Shown piece by piece: positions 22,181 to 31,312 of a stretch of DNA of 64,000 nt. Numbering within the stretch: the stretch's first letter is position 1; each line of letters opens with the position of its first letter. Origin of the DNA: an uncultured delta proteobacterium (GTDB taxonomy: Bacteria > Bdellovibrionota > FAC87 > UBA2466); contig CAVZSV010000004.1 in assembly GCA_963778115.1 (NCBI GenBank), positions 1,632,001-1,696,000 on the forward strand, given 5' to 3'. The notes below the pieces were generated by a model that had not been told where the DNA came from, did not search any database, and worked only from the letters and a program-made list of their open reading frames with translations. Both the position numbers and the translations under genes were made by a program.

Positions 22181-22924
22181 CTAGGCCGTCAAGAAGTTAC
22201 GTTTGATGATATTAAGAAAGTCTCCAGAAAAATTTTCCATCTGAGTTCGCAGGCCTCGAATTTTTCCGTTGTAATAGTTGTAACCCATTACAGCGGGAAT
22301 CGCACACGCGAGACCTACTGCAGTTGCGATGAGCGCTTCAGCGATGCCAGGAGCAACGGTGGCAAGACTAGCTCCTCCCTGTGCTCCGATATTTTGAAAA
22401 GCGGTCATGATACCCCAAACGGTTCCAAATAGACCTATGAATGGCGCTGTGCTTCCCGCGGTGGCTAAGAAAGTCATAGAGCGCTCGAGTCTTAGATTCT
22501 CGCTTCTGCTGGCACGACTAAGAGCTCGTTCCAAGTTTTGAATAGAAGACTCGCTGGGAATTCGCGCTGGTTCGGAAGCCCCTTTTGCTTTCTCCTTTTC
22601 CATCAAACGCTGAAGTTCGACATATCCTGACTGAAAAATTTTAGCGATCGAGCTACTCGCGTATTTCTTGGATTCTGAATAGATGTGGTCCATGCTCTTT
22701 CCGCTCCAGAAAATATCCAGAAAGTGCTCCGTGCTGCTGTAGCAACGACGAACCACACCCCATTTGGAAATAATGACCGCCCAGGAGATGACGGAAAAGA
22801 GGGCCAGCAGCAGCAGGACTAACTGAACCACAAGACTGGCATTCGCGATAACGTCGAATGCCCCAAGCGAAACCACAGCTTCTTTACTGGGTCCCGAAGC
22901 AGCGAAAACAGAGTTCATGACCAA
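22181..22924 (-). CDS. tolQ: TolQ/ExbB proton channel
   Basis: [38 protein letters not shown]. Confidence 0.94.
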   Translation of the reverse strand: MVMNSVFAASGPSKEAVVSLGAFDVIANASLVVQLVLLLLALFSVISWAVIISKWGVVRRCYSSTEHFLDIFWSGKSMDHIYSESKKYASSSIAKIFQSGYVELQRLMEKEKAKGASEPARIPSESSIQNLERALSRASRSENLRLERSMTFLATAGSTAPFIGLFGTVWGIMTAFQNIGAQGGASLATVAPGIAEALIATAVGLACAIPAVMGYNYYNGKIRGLRTQMENFSGDFLNIIKRNFLTA

Positions 22925-23082
22925 TATCCTTAGCTCGCCTTACGTTTGGCTTGTTGTGTTTTCCGGACCGTTCAGATTCCGAAAAAGACGATATTTAGCT
23001 TTTATTGCTTTTTTTCCCTTGGGGTTGCGGATCAGTCTTTACGTAGTGTATGAGAACCACCTACTAGCGTCAAGGAGTCTCG

Positions 23083-24507
23083 ATGCGTCATTCTCAAAGA
23101 GTCGTGGTTATCGGCGCGGGCTTGGCCGGCTCGGAAGCGGCATGGCAAATTGCAAGTCAAGGGATCGAAGTCGATCTCTATGAAATGCGCCCGACACGAC
23201 ACACAGAGGCACACACTACCAGCGGCTTTGCTGAACTGGTATGCAGCAACAGCTTAGGATCGAACTCTCCAAACTCCGCATCACGCATTTTGAAAGAAGA
23301 GCTAACTCAGTTGGGAGCATTCGTTCTAGCAAAGGCTTTTGAAAATAGTGTCCCCGCCGGAGCTTCTCTGGCCGTCGATCGGCAGAAATTTTCAGATAAA
23401 ATCACGCAGACTTTAGAATCCCATCCCAAAATCACAGTCCGACGCGAAGAACTTGCCGAAATCCCTCGTTCGTCATGCGTGGTCATTGCCTCGGGTCCCC
23501 TCACTTCTCCCGCTCTGGCTAAAGATCTGACTTCGTTGGCTGGAACCGACTCGCTCTATTTTTACGACGCCATTTCACCGATTGTTTCCACTGAGAGTCT
23601 CGATCAAAATGAGATGTTTACTGCAAGCCGTTATGGAAAAGGGGAGCCCGATTTTTTAAATATCCCGTTAACCCAAGCGCAGTATGAAAACTTTGTCGAA
23701 AAGCTGATTCAAGCTGAAGTCGTCCTGGCTCATGATTTTGAAGAAGAAAAGTATTTCGAGTCTTGCCTGCCTATTGAGACTTTGGCATCTCGAGGAAAGT
23801 TAACGCTGGCTTTTGGCCCCATGAAGCCAGTGGGACTAACGGATCCTAAAACCGGAAAACGCGCTTTCGCGGTGATTCAATTGCGGGCCGAAAACCGTTT
23901 CTTGACCGCATACAACCTCGTGGGTTTTCAAACAAAGATGAAATACAAAGAGCAGGAACGGATCTTCCGAGAGTTACCAGGACTTCGCAATGCCGAATTT
24001 CTTAGACTGGGGAGCATGCACCGAAACACTTACTTGGATTCGCCTAGAGTACTCACCGGCTCTCTCCAGCTGAGAAATGAGCCAGGTCTTTTCATCGCAG
24101 GCCAGATTACGGGCACCGAGGGGTATCTCGAATCTTCAGCTACCGGCCTTCTAGCGGGTCTGAACGCCGCCCGACACTTGCAAGGAAAAGAACCGCTGGT
24201 ACTGCCCAATAAGACGATTCTGGGTGCTTTGGTGGAAGCCATCACCGATCCCAAGCGCTCCCCTTTTCAGCCCATGAATGTGAACATGGGACTGTTTCCC
24301 CCTTTGGGAGAGACTCAAAAATTTAAGGATAAGCAAAAAAGAAACGCGGCTTATGCCGGACGCTCGAAACAGGAACTAAGTCTTTGGCTATCTCAAATGG
24401 GATTGGTTACTGACCACCCAGAGCTCCCGCATTGTACGCCGCCGAACCCATTCCCTGAGAAGCCATCCCTCGCGCAGCATGGTTCTTCGGTCCTCCATAC
24501 CCACTAA
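23083..24507 (+). CDS. trmFO: Folate/FAD-dependent tRNA m5U54 methyltransferase
   Basis: GAGLAGSEAAWQ, AELVCSNS, FYDAISP, YNLVGFQTK, AGQITGTEGYLES, FQPMNVN. Confidence 0.96.
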   Translation: MRHSQRVVVIGAGLAGSEAAWQIASQGIEVDLYEMRPTRHTEAHTTSGFAELVCSNSLGSNSPNSASRILKEELTQLGAFVLAKAFENSVPAGASLAVDRQKFSDKITQTLESHPKITVRREELAEIPRSSCVVIASGPLTSPALAKDLTSLAGTDSLYFYDAISPIVSTESLDQNEMFTASRYGKGEPDFLNIPLTQAQYENFVEKLIQAEVVLAHDFEEEKYFESCLPIETLASRGKLTLAFGPMKPVGLTDPKTGKRAFAVIQLRAENRFLTAYNLVGFQTKMKYKEQERIFRELPGLRNAEFLRLGSMHRNTYLDSPRVLTGSLQLRNEPGLFIAGQITGTEGYLESSATGLLAGLNAARHLQGKEPLVLPNKTILGALVEAITDPKRSPFQPMNVNMGLFPPLGETQKFKDKQKRNAAYAGRSKQELSLWLSQMGLVTDHPELPHCTPPNPFPEKPSLAQHGSSVLHTH

Positions 24508-25306
24508 GAGAATTTCCTCCTCCAGTCCCAGCCAAGGAATTGCCTGAAGCGCTGTTACCGGGGAGGCCATCAAGGCCTGAAATATTGCCTAATCCTGTTC
24601 CATTGCGCAGGGCCGGAAGATTGCTACCAGGGCGATTATCCGCGTGCTGATCTTGCACCATCGAAAACGCTCCTCCCTGTCTTGAGGGACCTTGTTGTTG
24701 TTGTTGCTGCATCTGTTGCTGCGCTTGTCTATCGGCCAGCATCTGCTGGAACGATTGGGTCATATCACCTAGAGATTTCGTGAGGGCCAAAGTTTTGTCT
24801 TGTTGCGCTTTCACCACATCATCCACCAGACCGTTTGAAATCGAAGAATCTCCCGAAATGGTCTTAGTAACGGCCCTAATCTGATCAAAACCGGCTTTGA
24901 TACTGTCTTCGTCAGTGGCTTTATTGATATTAGCCACCTGCGAAGAAAAATTATCCGTCATCTTACTAAGATTCTCGCCAAACTTCTCGCCGGCCTTTTC
25001 GATCTTTTCTTGAAACTTAGGACCTTCTTTAGTTTCAGCGTCCGCGGCTTCTCTGAGCTTGCTCATGTCGGGCATCCCGCCTCCCATGCCGCCTCCCATG
25101 CCACCGCCCATGCCTCCCCCCATCATACCGCCGCCCATCATTCCCATTCCGCCCATGCCACCCATGCCCATTCCACCAAACTGATTGCCATAAGGGTTTC
25201 CAAAGCCGCTACCAAAGCCGGCACCACTTCCGAAGCCTTCGGCGTGCACGACTAAACTCATGGAAAAAATAGGAATGAGAAGGATTAACTTAAGTTGAGA
25301 AATCAT
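24407..25306 (-). CDS. Secreted Gly/Met- and Gln-rich low-complexity protein
   Basis: Signal peptide from ATG 25306 (…VVHA), GGM repeats, helical core, poly-Q. Confidence 0.75.
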   Translation of the reverse strand: MISQLKLILLIPIFSMSLVVHAEGFGSGAGFGSGFGNPYGNQFGGMGMGGMGGMGMMGGGMMGGGMGGGMGGGMGGGMPDMSKLREAADAETKEGPKFQEKIEKAGEKFGENLSKMTDNFSSQVANINKATDEDSIKAGFDQIRAVTKTISGDSSISNGLVDDVVKAQQDKTLALTKSLGDMTQSFQQMLADRQAQQQMQQQQQQGPSRQGGAFSMVQDQHADNRPGSNLPALRNGTGLGNISGLDGLPGNSASGNSLAGTGGGNSLSGYGGPKNHAARGMASQGMGSAAYNAGALGGQ

Positions 25307-25327
25307 AATGCCCCCATAGCATAAGAA

Positions 25328-25343
25328 TGCATAAGCTCTGCCA
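25328..25343 (-). promoter_or_regulatory. Putative sigma-54 (-24/-12) promoter
   Basis: TGGCAGAGCTTATGCA (GG-N10-GC) ~20 bp upstream of ATG 25306. Confidence 0.5.
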
Positions 25344-25450
25344 ACCAACGGTCTTCGCTGACTCGCGCAAAAGTGCCTGCTTTCAAGGAGTCAGAGAGAG
25401 GAGGCAGGGGGAAAGATTGTGAAAAACGGCTAACTTTCAGGCGAAATCTG

Positions 25451-25490
25451 AAAAACAAAAACGGGTGATAGAGTAAACTCTACCACCCGC
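25451..25490 (-). terminator. Intrinsic terminator after the small ORF
   Basis: GCGGGTGGTAGAG-TTTA-CTCTATCACCCGT followed by TTTTGTTTTT on the minus strand. Confidence 0.75.
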
Positions 25491-25531
25491 CTTCGTGTGC
25501 CTTCCGTCCCGCGCATCAAGACTTAAAATCC

Positions 25532-25702
25532 TTAAGGACCAACCTGAATGGGCTGCGTATCCACATTTCCCGTTGGACTTCGCACCACTTGAGAATCTTC
25601 AAAATCGTTATGAGGTAACCAAGACCCAAAACTGGCCATCGCTAGCGCTCCCACGACGATAAATAACCACATTACATCGGACCACAGTTTCCGCATCCAC
25701 AT
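25532..25702 (-). CDS. 56-aa single-TM small protein (not in the ORF track)
   Basis: MWMRKLWSDVMWLFIVVGALAMASFGSWLPHNDFEDSQVVRSPTGNVDTQPIQVGP; GAGGTG RBS; downstream terminator. Confidence 0.7.
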   Translation of the reverse strand: MWMRKLWSDVMWLFIVVGALAMASFGSWLPHNDFEDSQVVRSPTGNVDTQPIQVGP

Positions 25703-25801
25703 GCTTCACCTCTTCTACTCTCGAGTATCGTCGCCGTCAGGAAGCTTTCCGACGCAACTTCTCAAATCACTTTTTCCAATCGCCACGCTCTAGTTAGAGT
25801 T

Positions 25802-25817
25802 TGCAAATGAGGGGCCA
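25802..25817 (-). promoter_or_regulatory. Putative sigma-54 promoter
   Basis: TGGCCCCTCATTTGCA (GG-N10-GC) upstream of the 56-aa ORF. Confidence 0.5.
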
Positions 25818-26017
25818 CGCCGCGTCAGAACGGGCGAGTAGCGTCAAGACTCGAATATCGGAAAGCTTTCGATCTTCACGACGTTTGCCAAGAAGCAAAA
25901 CAGTTGGCGAACTTATAGATAGTGAAACGCGGCTCACCAATAAAATATTAATATTTTCATATATTTAGATATGACTGACAAACGGTCGGACAGCCCTGTT
26001 GACGCCTAAGCCACCCC

Positions 26018-26044
26018 TCACGAAATCTCGCCGCGAGCCGATAA
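26018..26044 (+). promoter_or_regulatory. Putative sigma-28 (FliA) promoter
   Basis: TCACG-N14-GCCGATAA, 16 bp before ATG 26061. Confidence 0.5.
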
Positions 26045-26060
26045 GTAAAGAGCAACACTT

Positions 26061-26981
26061 ATGAATAATGCAGTCTACAAGACGGCTTTTTGGTTAGGTT
26101 GTGCATTCGGTCTGGGATTTATCCTGGTGGGGCCCACTTTTCCGATTCACGCCGAAACCCCGAATGCAGCACCAGCCCTTCCGATAGGAACACGCAAACT
26201 GCCGGCCAGTATTGGTCTAGGAGCGTCCGCAGCCAGAGCGAGCGCATCTGCTTTTCCCACCCTGGGAGGAAGTTCTACGCCTTCGGCCGGTTCGTTTTCA
26301 CTGGGGGCCATGAAACCCGGCCCCCAAAGTAAGGCTGCCTCAAAACCAATGTTGGTGGCGCAAAATCAAATTCCGGGACAGCCCTTGGCGGCAATGAGCT
26401 CAGACCCGCTAAGCAATGATCTGGCGAAGGTACCGGCGGCTGTTGTCACCGCTCCGACTGCACGGCAACCTCTCGACAAAAAACAGATTCGAAAATTACT
26501 AACGTCGGAGCCCGACCCTTCGCTCGTATTGGAGCCGGTGGCCGATCCTCCGCCGCCGCCCAAACCTATCGTACCCAAAGCTCCACCCCGAAGACCCGCC
26601 TCTGCCCTTCCGGCGAACGGCATTAAATTAGGAATTCCCGGGGAAGCCCCAGCGGCCGCCGAAGTATCCGTCATCTTGATGGACAAACAGTTTTTCCCTT
26701 CAAAGATTAAATTAAAAGAGGGGGTTCAATCGCGCCTCTACTTTACGACTACTAATGATAAAGCGGCAGCTCTGGTGATCGAAGAGCTTCAAATTCAGCG
26801 CTGGGTAGCCAAAGAGGGGGAAAAAACAGCCCCTTTGAGCGAACTTGAGCGTGCAAAAATGGAAGCCACCAAAGAAGTGAGCAAAGATAAGATCACGGAA
26901 ATTCCGCTCGAACCTCGCCGCGGAACCTTTATCTTCCATGACCTAATTTCCGGAGCTAAAGGACAAATCGTCGTCGAATAG
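26061..26981 (+). CDS. Secreted Pro/Ala-rich protein with C-terminal cupredoxin-like fold
   Basis: Signal peptide; EVSVILMDKQFFPSKIKLKEG...RGTFIFHDLISGAKGQIVVE. The Cu-ligand Cys is absent. Confidence 0.65.
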   Translation: MNNAVYKTAFWLGCAFGLGFILVGPTFPIHAETPNAAPALPIGTRKLPASIGLGASAARASASAFPTLGGSSTPSAGSFSLGAMKPGPQSKAASKPMLVAQNQIPGQPLAAMSSDPLSNDLAKVPAAVVTAPTARQPLDKKQIRKLLTSEPDPSLVLEPVADPPPPPKPIVPKAPPRRPASALPANGIKLGIPGEAPAAAEVSVILMDKQFFPSKIKLKEGVQSRLYFTTTNDKAAALVIEELQIQRWVAKEGEKTAPLSELERAKMEATKEVSKDKITEIPLEPRRGTFIFHDLISGAKGQIVVE

Positions 26982-26997
26982 TTGGGAGACATCTTTC

Positions 26998-28149
26998 ATG
27001 TCCGTTTTCGAAACCTCAGTCCAGGTATTTCTGAAGCCCGTGATCGAATACCTTAAAGACGAGGCCATCACCGAAATTCTCATTAACGGCCCGAATAATA
27101 TTTTCATCGAGCGACGCGGTATTCTCGAAAAAACGAACGTTAAGTTTGATGACGAGAATTCACTTATGGCCGCGGTCCGAAATATCTCGCAATTCGTGGG
27201 TCGTCCCATTGATGACGAGCATCCTTTTCTAGATGCGAGACTACCCGACGGTTCGCGTATCCATGCGGTAGTGGCGCCCATCGCGAAAAACGGGACTACT
27301 GTCGCGATTCGTAAATTTTCCAAAGACAAACTACAACTCAAAGATCTCATCGCCAAGGGGGCGCTCAATCCAGACGCCGCAAGATTCCTGGATGTCTGCC
27401 TGTATTTGAAGAAAAATATCATGGTCTCCGGCGGTACGGGTTCCGGAAAAACCACCATCTTAGGAATTCTGGCCGGTCGCTGCCTTCCCTCACAGCGAAT
27501 CGTCGTTTTGGAAGACTCTTCAGAATTAAAAATAAATAACGAGCACGTCGTGTATTTCGAAGCCCGCCCCGCTGACGAGTACGGCAAAGGGCTAGTGACT
27601 TTACGCGATCTCGTAAAATCATCTTTGCGGCTCCGTCCCGACCGCGTCATCGTCGGTGAGGTCCGAGGTGCTGAAGCTTTGGACCTGATCAGCAGCATGA
27701 ACACCGGCCACTCCGGATCGATGGGAACCGTTCACTCTAACAATCCCAGAGAATGTTTGACCCGTTTGGAGACGCTAGCGCTTATGAGCGAAGCCGAAGT
27801 TCCGGTGACGGCCATTCGCGCTCAAGTAGCAGCCGCTATCAACATCGTGATTCAGCTCTCTCGAATGCAAGATGGGTCTCGCAAAGTCACCCACATTTCT
27901 GAAGGGCTAGGAATGGACCTTCAGGGAAATTACAAGACAAACGACATCTATCTCTTTGAGCAGACAGGTCGAGACAAAGACGGTAAAGTTTTAGGAGAGA
28001 TAAAGCCTACGGGAAATCTCCCCACTTTCATGCGCGAAATCGAAGTTAATCACTTGCCCTTCACTCGGGAAATGCTCACTAAGAAGAGTGGGTCAGGTCA
28101 GGGCTCTTCATCAGCCCCAGCCGGGTCGAAGTCGGAAAACGCTGCATAA
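26998..28149 (+). CDS. cpaF: CpaF/TadA-family pilus assembly ATPase
   Basis: DARLPDGSR, SGGTGSGKTT, LRLRPDRVIVGEVRG, NTGHSGSMGTVH. Confidence 0.92.
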   Translation: MSVFETSVQVFLKPVIEYLKDEAITEILINGPNNIFIERRGILEKTNVKFDDENSLMAAVRNISQFVGRPIDDEHPFLDARLPDGSRIHAVVAPIAKNGTTVAIRKFSKDKLQLKDLIAKGALNPDAARFLDVCLYLKKNIMVSGGTGSGKTTILGILAGRCLPSQRIVVLEDSSELKINNEHVVYFEARPADEYGKGLVTLRDLVKSSLRLRPDRVIVGEVRGAEALDLISSMNTGHSGSMGTVHSNNPRECLTRLETLALMSEAEVPVTAIRAQVAAAINIVIQLSRMQDGSRKVTHISEGLGMDLQGNYKTNDIYLFEQTGRDKDGKVLGEIKPTGNLPTFMREIEVNHLPFTREMLTKKSGSGQGSSSAPAGSKSENAA

Positions 28150-30718
28150 GAAAATCGCTCGGGTTGACATCCATCACGGTCAAATAGCTTTCCCACTGAC
28201 TGGCTAAAGCCTCAAGTTCAGGACTCCATTTGGGGGGCTTTACCATCTTCTTCCCGTTCTCATCTTCGATAGTCAAAAGCTTTAGATTCTCAAGAAGCAT
28301 CAAAAGATTGGAATAGTTTTGTACGGAAAGGGATTCCGGGAAGGCTATCTGTCCACGAGGAAGGGAAGCCTCACTGAACTTTATTATTTTCTGAACTAGA
28401 GCCTTTTTCTCAATAGTCGTCGGCGCCGCTTCCTTAAAATAGAGTAAGCCAGTGCGGTAGCTCTCAAAGAGATCTCCCAAGAGTCTCAGATATACGGTGA
28501 GGTCATCCCAGTGTTTTAGCTTTCTTCGTAAACCTGTTAACAATTTGTCTACCGGGATAGTATCCCAAGGAGCTTCTCCGAAAAGATATCGGAAAGTCGC
28601 TTCCATTTCGCCCTGAAAAACAGGTCTAGGATTAAAGAAAAACTCAAATTTTAAAGAATTACGAATATCGAGCGCTGTTACGATGCAGTCTTTATAGAGA
28701 GTGCGTGAGCTCAATTCGCCCCCCCCTTTTTCAGCAGAACCGACTTTAGAGAGATTCTGAAAAAAGGCCAGCAGCGCTATCGAAGGATTCACAAAGAAGT
28801 GGATCGCGTTATTTTTGTAAAAATTAAGCAGGGGCCGTTTACGCCACTCGCAACTATACACGCGGGGAATCGCTGCTTCAGAGATCGTAAGCAAGCCACT
28901 CTTGTGCAAACGCCTTACCGTCTGCTCGACCGATCGCTTAAACGCTTCATCAGAAACACTATTGGGGAAGTGATTGGCGTTAGCATAATCACGCAAAAGG
29001 GTTGAGACATGAAGGATATCCTCAAGAGAGAGTGCCGCCATCCTGTGTCCCAGTAACACGCTGCTAACAACGGCTTTAGTCGTGATAGGGCTTACATCAT
29101 TGATATTCTTACAGAGCTGGAACGCCATTTTCTGCAACATGAGAGTGTCATCAATTTTCTGCTCTTCCGAGGTCTTAAAAGTATCTTTCAAGGAGATCGC
29201 AGATCCCAGTCTCACGTAGACTTTGCCGAAGTTTTTACTAATAACATTGGTAGACCCCAATAGCTCTTTGGCGCTTTCCCGTGTCTTTTGCCCTCCTCCT
29301 AACTCTTTGCTGTAGGAGGTTTGTTCGGGAACTTCATCGTAGCAAATGGAGACCGGAATCAAGACAACGTCGTCGACTACCTTATTTTTTTCCGCTTGGG
29401 TGACCATCTTTAACATTCCGTAAGCGGGCGCCAACATCTTACCCGAACGACTTCGAGTCCCTTCGATGAAAAACTTTATGTTGTACTTATTCCTAAGGAG
29501 CAACTCGACATATTTTCTTAAACACGTTCCATAAAGAGCATCTCCGCGGAAAGAGCGCCGAATAAAAAATGCTCCCCCCGATCTAAGAATTCCCCCCATC
29601 GGCCAAAACGCTAAATTAATACCAGCCGCAATGTGGGGCGTAACCATATCGTGCAAGAACAGGACATAGGGAATCACCAAATAATCGAAATGGCTTCGGT
29701 GGCATGACACAAACACCACAGGTTTGTTCTTCATGACTTCGCGAAGGTGGGTGAGTTCCGACTCTTCTACGTTCACTCCATCAAAGACGCGCGTAAACAA
29801 CCACGTCAAAAGCACGTACATAATCTCAATCGTACGGTATCGGTAATTGGAGACTATTTCGGTTAGGTTCCCGTAGGCCCGAGACATTATCTTTTTCTTG
29901 TCCACCCCCTCGTTCTTGGCCACCTCCTCAATCACAGCCTGGATTTCAGGATCTTTGAGAAGGGTCTCTTTTACTGAATACGGCGAAGAATAGCGGGGAC
30001 CTAGGACCACTCGCATCTCTTGATGGGTTAATATCAAAACCTTGCGGCGGGTGGCTTTGGCGAGCCGCATCGCCTCGCTATCTTCACTGTCCGACGACTC
30101 TCCCACGGTGAGTGCAGTAAAATCCCCCAAGGCTCTTACTACCGAATCCCTGCGAGCGCGGGCCAAATACCAGACTTTCCCTATGAGATTAGGATTGGAT
30201 CCCAAACCAAACAGATATTCCGATAGCTTTCGGGATGCCCCTCGGACGTGCTTTCGCCATAGGATGAATACCGGGATGAAATGCATCGTGCGAAGTTCAG
30301 GGCGATGGACGAGGGAGGTATTAACCTCTCCTAATAGCTTTTCCACGGGAACTGGTTCAAATAGTCTTTTACGCTCACTAGAGGGACAAAAGAGCAGTCT
30401 AGGACCAGGATCCTCTGAAACGAAGAGATCCGCATAACTGCGGCGTCTAAAGACGATCTGAAAAAAATACTTCGGATTAGAGAGAAATAAAATGCGCTTT
30501 CGATTGGCAATGGGAATCGCGCCCAGCCCCTGACTTCGACACCAACTGGAAAGAATCAAAAATTCGATGATCCCAGCGTGAGTCATGGCAAATACCACCC
30601 GCCCCTGCGCTGACAACGTCTTTAGATGTTCGACAGGCAGATCAAAATCGAAACGGACAAAGACCCGCTCAGCAATCCATTGCCAAATTCCATCAATCCA
30701 TTCGTATATTTTTCTCAA
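28079..30718 (-). CDS. plsB: Glycerol-3-phosphate 1-O-acyltransferase
   Basis: CHRSHFDY, GAFFIRRSF, FFIEGTRSRSGK. Confidence 0.9.
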   Translation of the reverse strand: MRKIYEWIDGIWQWIAERVFVRFDFDLPVEHLKTLSAQGRVVFAMTHAGIIEFLILSSWCRSQGLGAIPIANRKRILFLSNPKYFFQIVFRRRSYADLFVSEDPGPRLLFCPSSERKRLFEPVPVEKLLGEVNTSLVHRPELRTMHFIPVFILWRKHVRGASRKLSEYLFGLGSNPNLIGKVWYLARARRDSVVRALGDFTALTVGESSDSEDSEAMRLAKATRRKVLILTHQEMRVVLGPRYSSPYSVKETLLKDPEIQAVIEEVAKNEGVDKKKIMSRAYGNLTEIVSNYRYRTIEIMYVLLTWLFTRVFDGVNVEESELTHLREVMKNKPVVFVSCHRSHFDYLVIPYVLFLHDMVTPHIAAGINLAFWPMGGILRSGGAFFIRRSFRGDALYGTCLRKYVELLLRNKYNIKFFIEGTRSRSGKMLAPAYGMLKMVTQAEKNKVVDDVVLIPVSICYDEVPEQTSYSKELGGGQKTRESAKELLGSTNVISKNFGKVYVRLGSAISLKDTFKTSEEQKIDDTLMLQKMAFQLCKNINDVSPITTKAVVSSVLLGHRMAALSLEDILHVSTLLRDYANANHFPNSVSDEAFKRSVEQTVRRLHKSGLLTISEAAIPRVYSCEWRKRPLLNFYKNNAIHFFVNPSIALLAFFQNLSKVGSAEKGGGELSSRTLYKDCIVTALDIRNSLKFEFFFNPRPVFQGEMEATFRYLFGEAPWDTIPVDKLLTGLRRKLKHWDDLTVYLRLLGDLFESYRTGLLYFKEAAPTTIEKKALVQKIIKFSEASLPRGQIAFPESLSVQNYSNLLMLLENLKLLTIEDENGKKMVKPPKWSPELEALASQWESYLTVMDVNPSDFLMQRFPTSTRLGLMKSPDLTHSS

Positions 30719-30894
30719 GGTTGGGTAGATTTTTCACTAAGTGAAAAATCTCCTCTAGCTACGATTTTCGAATTTCGACTCAACAAACCAATCACCAATG
30801 AAACGCAACTTTCCGTAACCGTGGGAATACCTCTCCCAATTTTAAACAAATAAATCGTTGGGAATTTACGTTGCACAGTTAGGCTTGGCAAATG

Positions 30895-30993
30895 GAAAGC
30901 CCCGACCAGGGGGCCGGGGCTTTCTCAAAGTGGAAGAAGGGACCCTTTAAATAGTGGTGGTGCTTAACGGCAAGAGGTCCCTTCTATTTCACT
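30895..30993. ncRNA. Candidate structured small RNA (long stem-loop plus GC-rich terminator-like hairpin)
   Basis: AGTGGAAGAAGGGACCCTT / AAGAGGTCCCTTCTATTTCACT stem next to the GAAAGCCCCG...CGGGGCTTTC hairpin, in a ~600-bp gap. Confidence 0.4.
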
Positions 30994-31312
30994 CAACATA
31001 CGGTCCGCTCAGCTAATAAAAGAAAATCAAAAAAAATCGAGTAAAAAACTCTAATGTTGCAACGTATAATATTAACCAAGACAGCGAAGTAAAGAGCAAA
31101 GTTAGGGCCAATTTGGAAGTTTTCTACAGAGGGTACTAAACCCTGAATAATACGTGCTTTAGAGGGAATCTCCGAAGGACCTCTAGAAAGTGAATTCTGC
31201 GAGGATTTTCGACACGACAGAAAACGAATACGGGGAAAGGCAGGCCCTATTCCCCAAAGATTCACCCCTGATCAGACACGATCAGAAATGGCGAGAAAGA
31301 AGTGGCGAACTT

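Noticed and set aside
19507..22924. Missing pal as a novel Tol variant
   Set aside because: pal may simply lie elsewhere in the genome; this cannot be judged from the window.
26943..27704. 253-aa minus-strand ORF (and similar ORFs opposite acs, tolA, rocD and the kinase)
   Set aside because: Antisense shadows of well-supported genes.
30780..30830. c-di-GMP-I riboswitch upstream of plsB
   Set aside because: Lacks the GNRA tetraloop/receptor and GACGCAAAG consensus, and the resemblance is on the wrong strand.
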